DNA of 63,590 bases, filler included, from Octopus bimaculoides (taxonomy: Eukaryota), in the NCBI RefSeq assembly GCF_001194135.2. It is 5 parts of 5 records of this genome, joined end to end, with 100 filler letters (N's around TTAATTAATTAA, not from the genome) between each part and the next. Parts side by side here need not be neighbours in the genome. Positions count along the whole stretch, not along the records: positions 61,561 to 63,590 come from NW_026385866.1; 4 more parts are not named here. The stretch is one strand, 5' to 3'. Of the stretch, positions 63,106 through 63,590 are shown piece by piece. Position 1 is the first letter of the stretch. Each line of letters opens with the position of its first letter. The notes beneath the pieces are model-generated. The model made no database searches. It was not told the DNA's origin and worked only from the letters and a program-made list of their open reading frames with translations. Both the position numbers and the translations under genes were made by a program.

Positions 63106-63419
63106 GTACGTAAATAAATACAAGGATAAGCTGAAGCAGACAATGTACAAAGACTTATTCTTCTTCCCGAAAACTTTCGTAACAAATCTTTTCCAACAGA
63201 AATCTCCATAACAGCCCTTTTGTCATTTTAAGTGGTTATTGAGTCCAACTCCCAAAGATTACCAAGCGTAGCTAAAATTTTTGAAGACATCTGGATCCAT
63301 TCCGTTGTGATATCCTAGATGAATCTTCTCTCAAAGATTATTAGGAAATCAGATTAGCTCGCAAGAATTTGTTCACTTCGCAACATGAGACACCATTGTA
63401 AGATCAAGGAAGAATATTT

Positions 63420-63590
63420 AATTCTTTATTGCTCACAGGGGACTAAACATAGAGGGGACAAACAAGGGGTTTAAGTCGATTACGACGATCCCCAGTGCGT
63501 AACTGTTACTTATTTAATCGACCCCGAAAGGATGAAGGGTAAAGTCGACCTCGACAGAATTTGAGCTCAGAACGTTAAGACAGACGAAAT
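63420..63590 (-). mobile_element. SINE family D (runs off window)
   Basis: ATCGACCCCGAAAGGATGAAGGGTAAAGTCGACCTCG. Confidence 0.8.

Overview
AT-rich, gapped animal genomic DNA. It is most likely octopus/coleoid, inferred from the SINE types and microsatellite load and not verified. Most of the window is repeats: at least four tRNA-derived SINE families, RTE-type and RLE-type (R4/Dong-like, HERO-like) LINE fragments, mariner/Tc1 relics, hAT/Merlin-like/piggyBac-like MITEs, Helitron fragments and simple repeats. One intact intronless ORF is clear: 29648-30340 (-), a membrane-anchored RING-HC E3-ligase-like protein. A frame-consistent chain of candidate + strand exons (44982-60725, possibly also 9695 and 22532) suggests an unidentified spliced gene. 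The most unusual object is a ~550-bp palindrome (25627-26175) of two divergent tRNA-headed units. Each unit carries a minimal Penelope-type hammerhead ribozyme motif, so this may be a pol III SINE mobilised by Penelope-like elements. A second, decayed hammerhead of a different family lies at 13686-13733. All alignments, folds and family names were judged by eye or from memory; none were computed. Repeat boundaries without a stated TSD/TIR are approximate.
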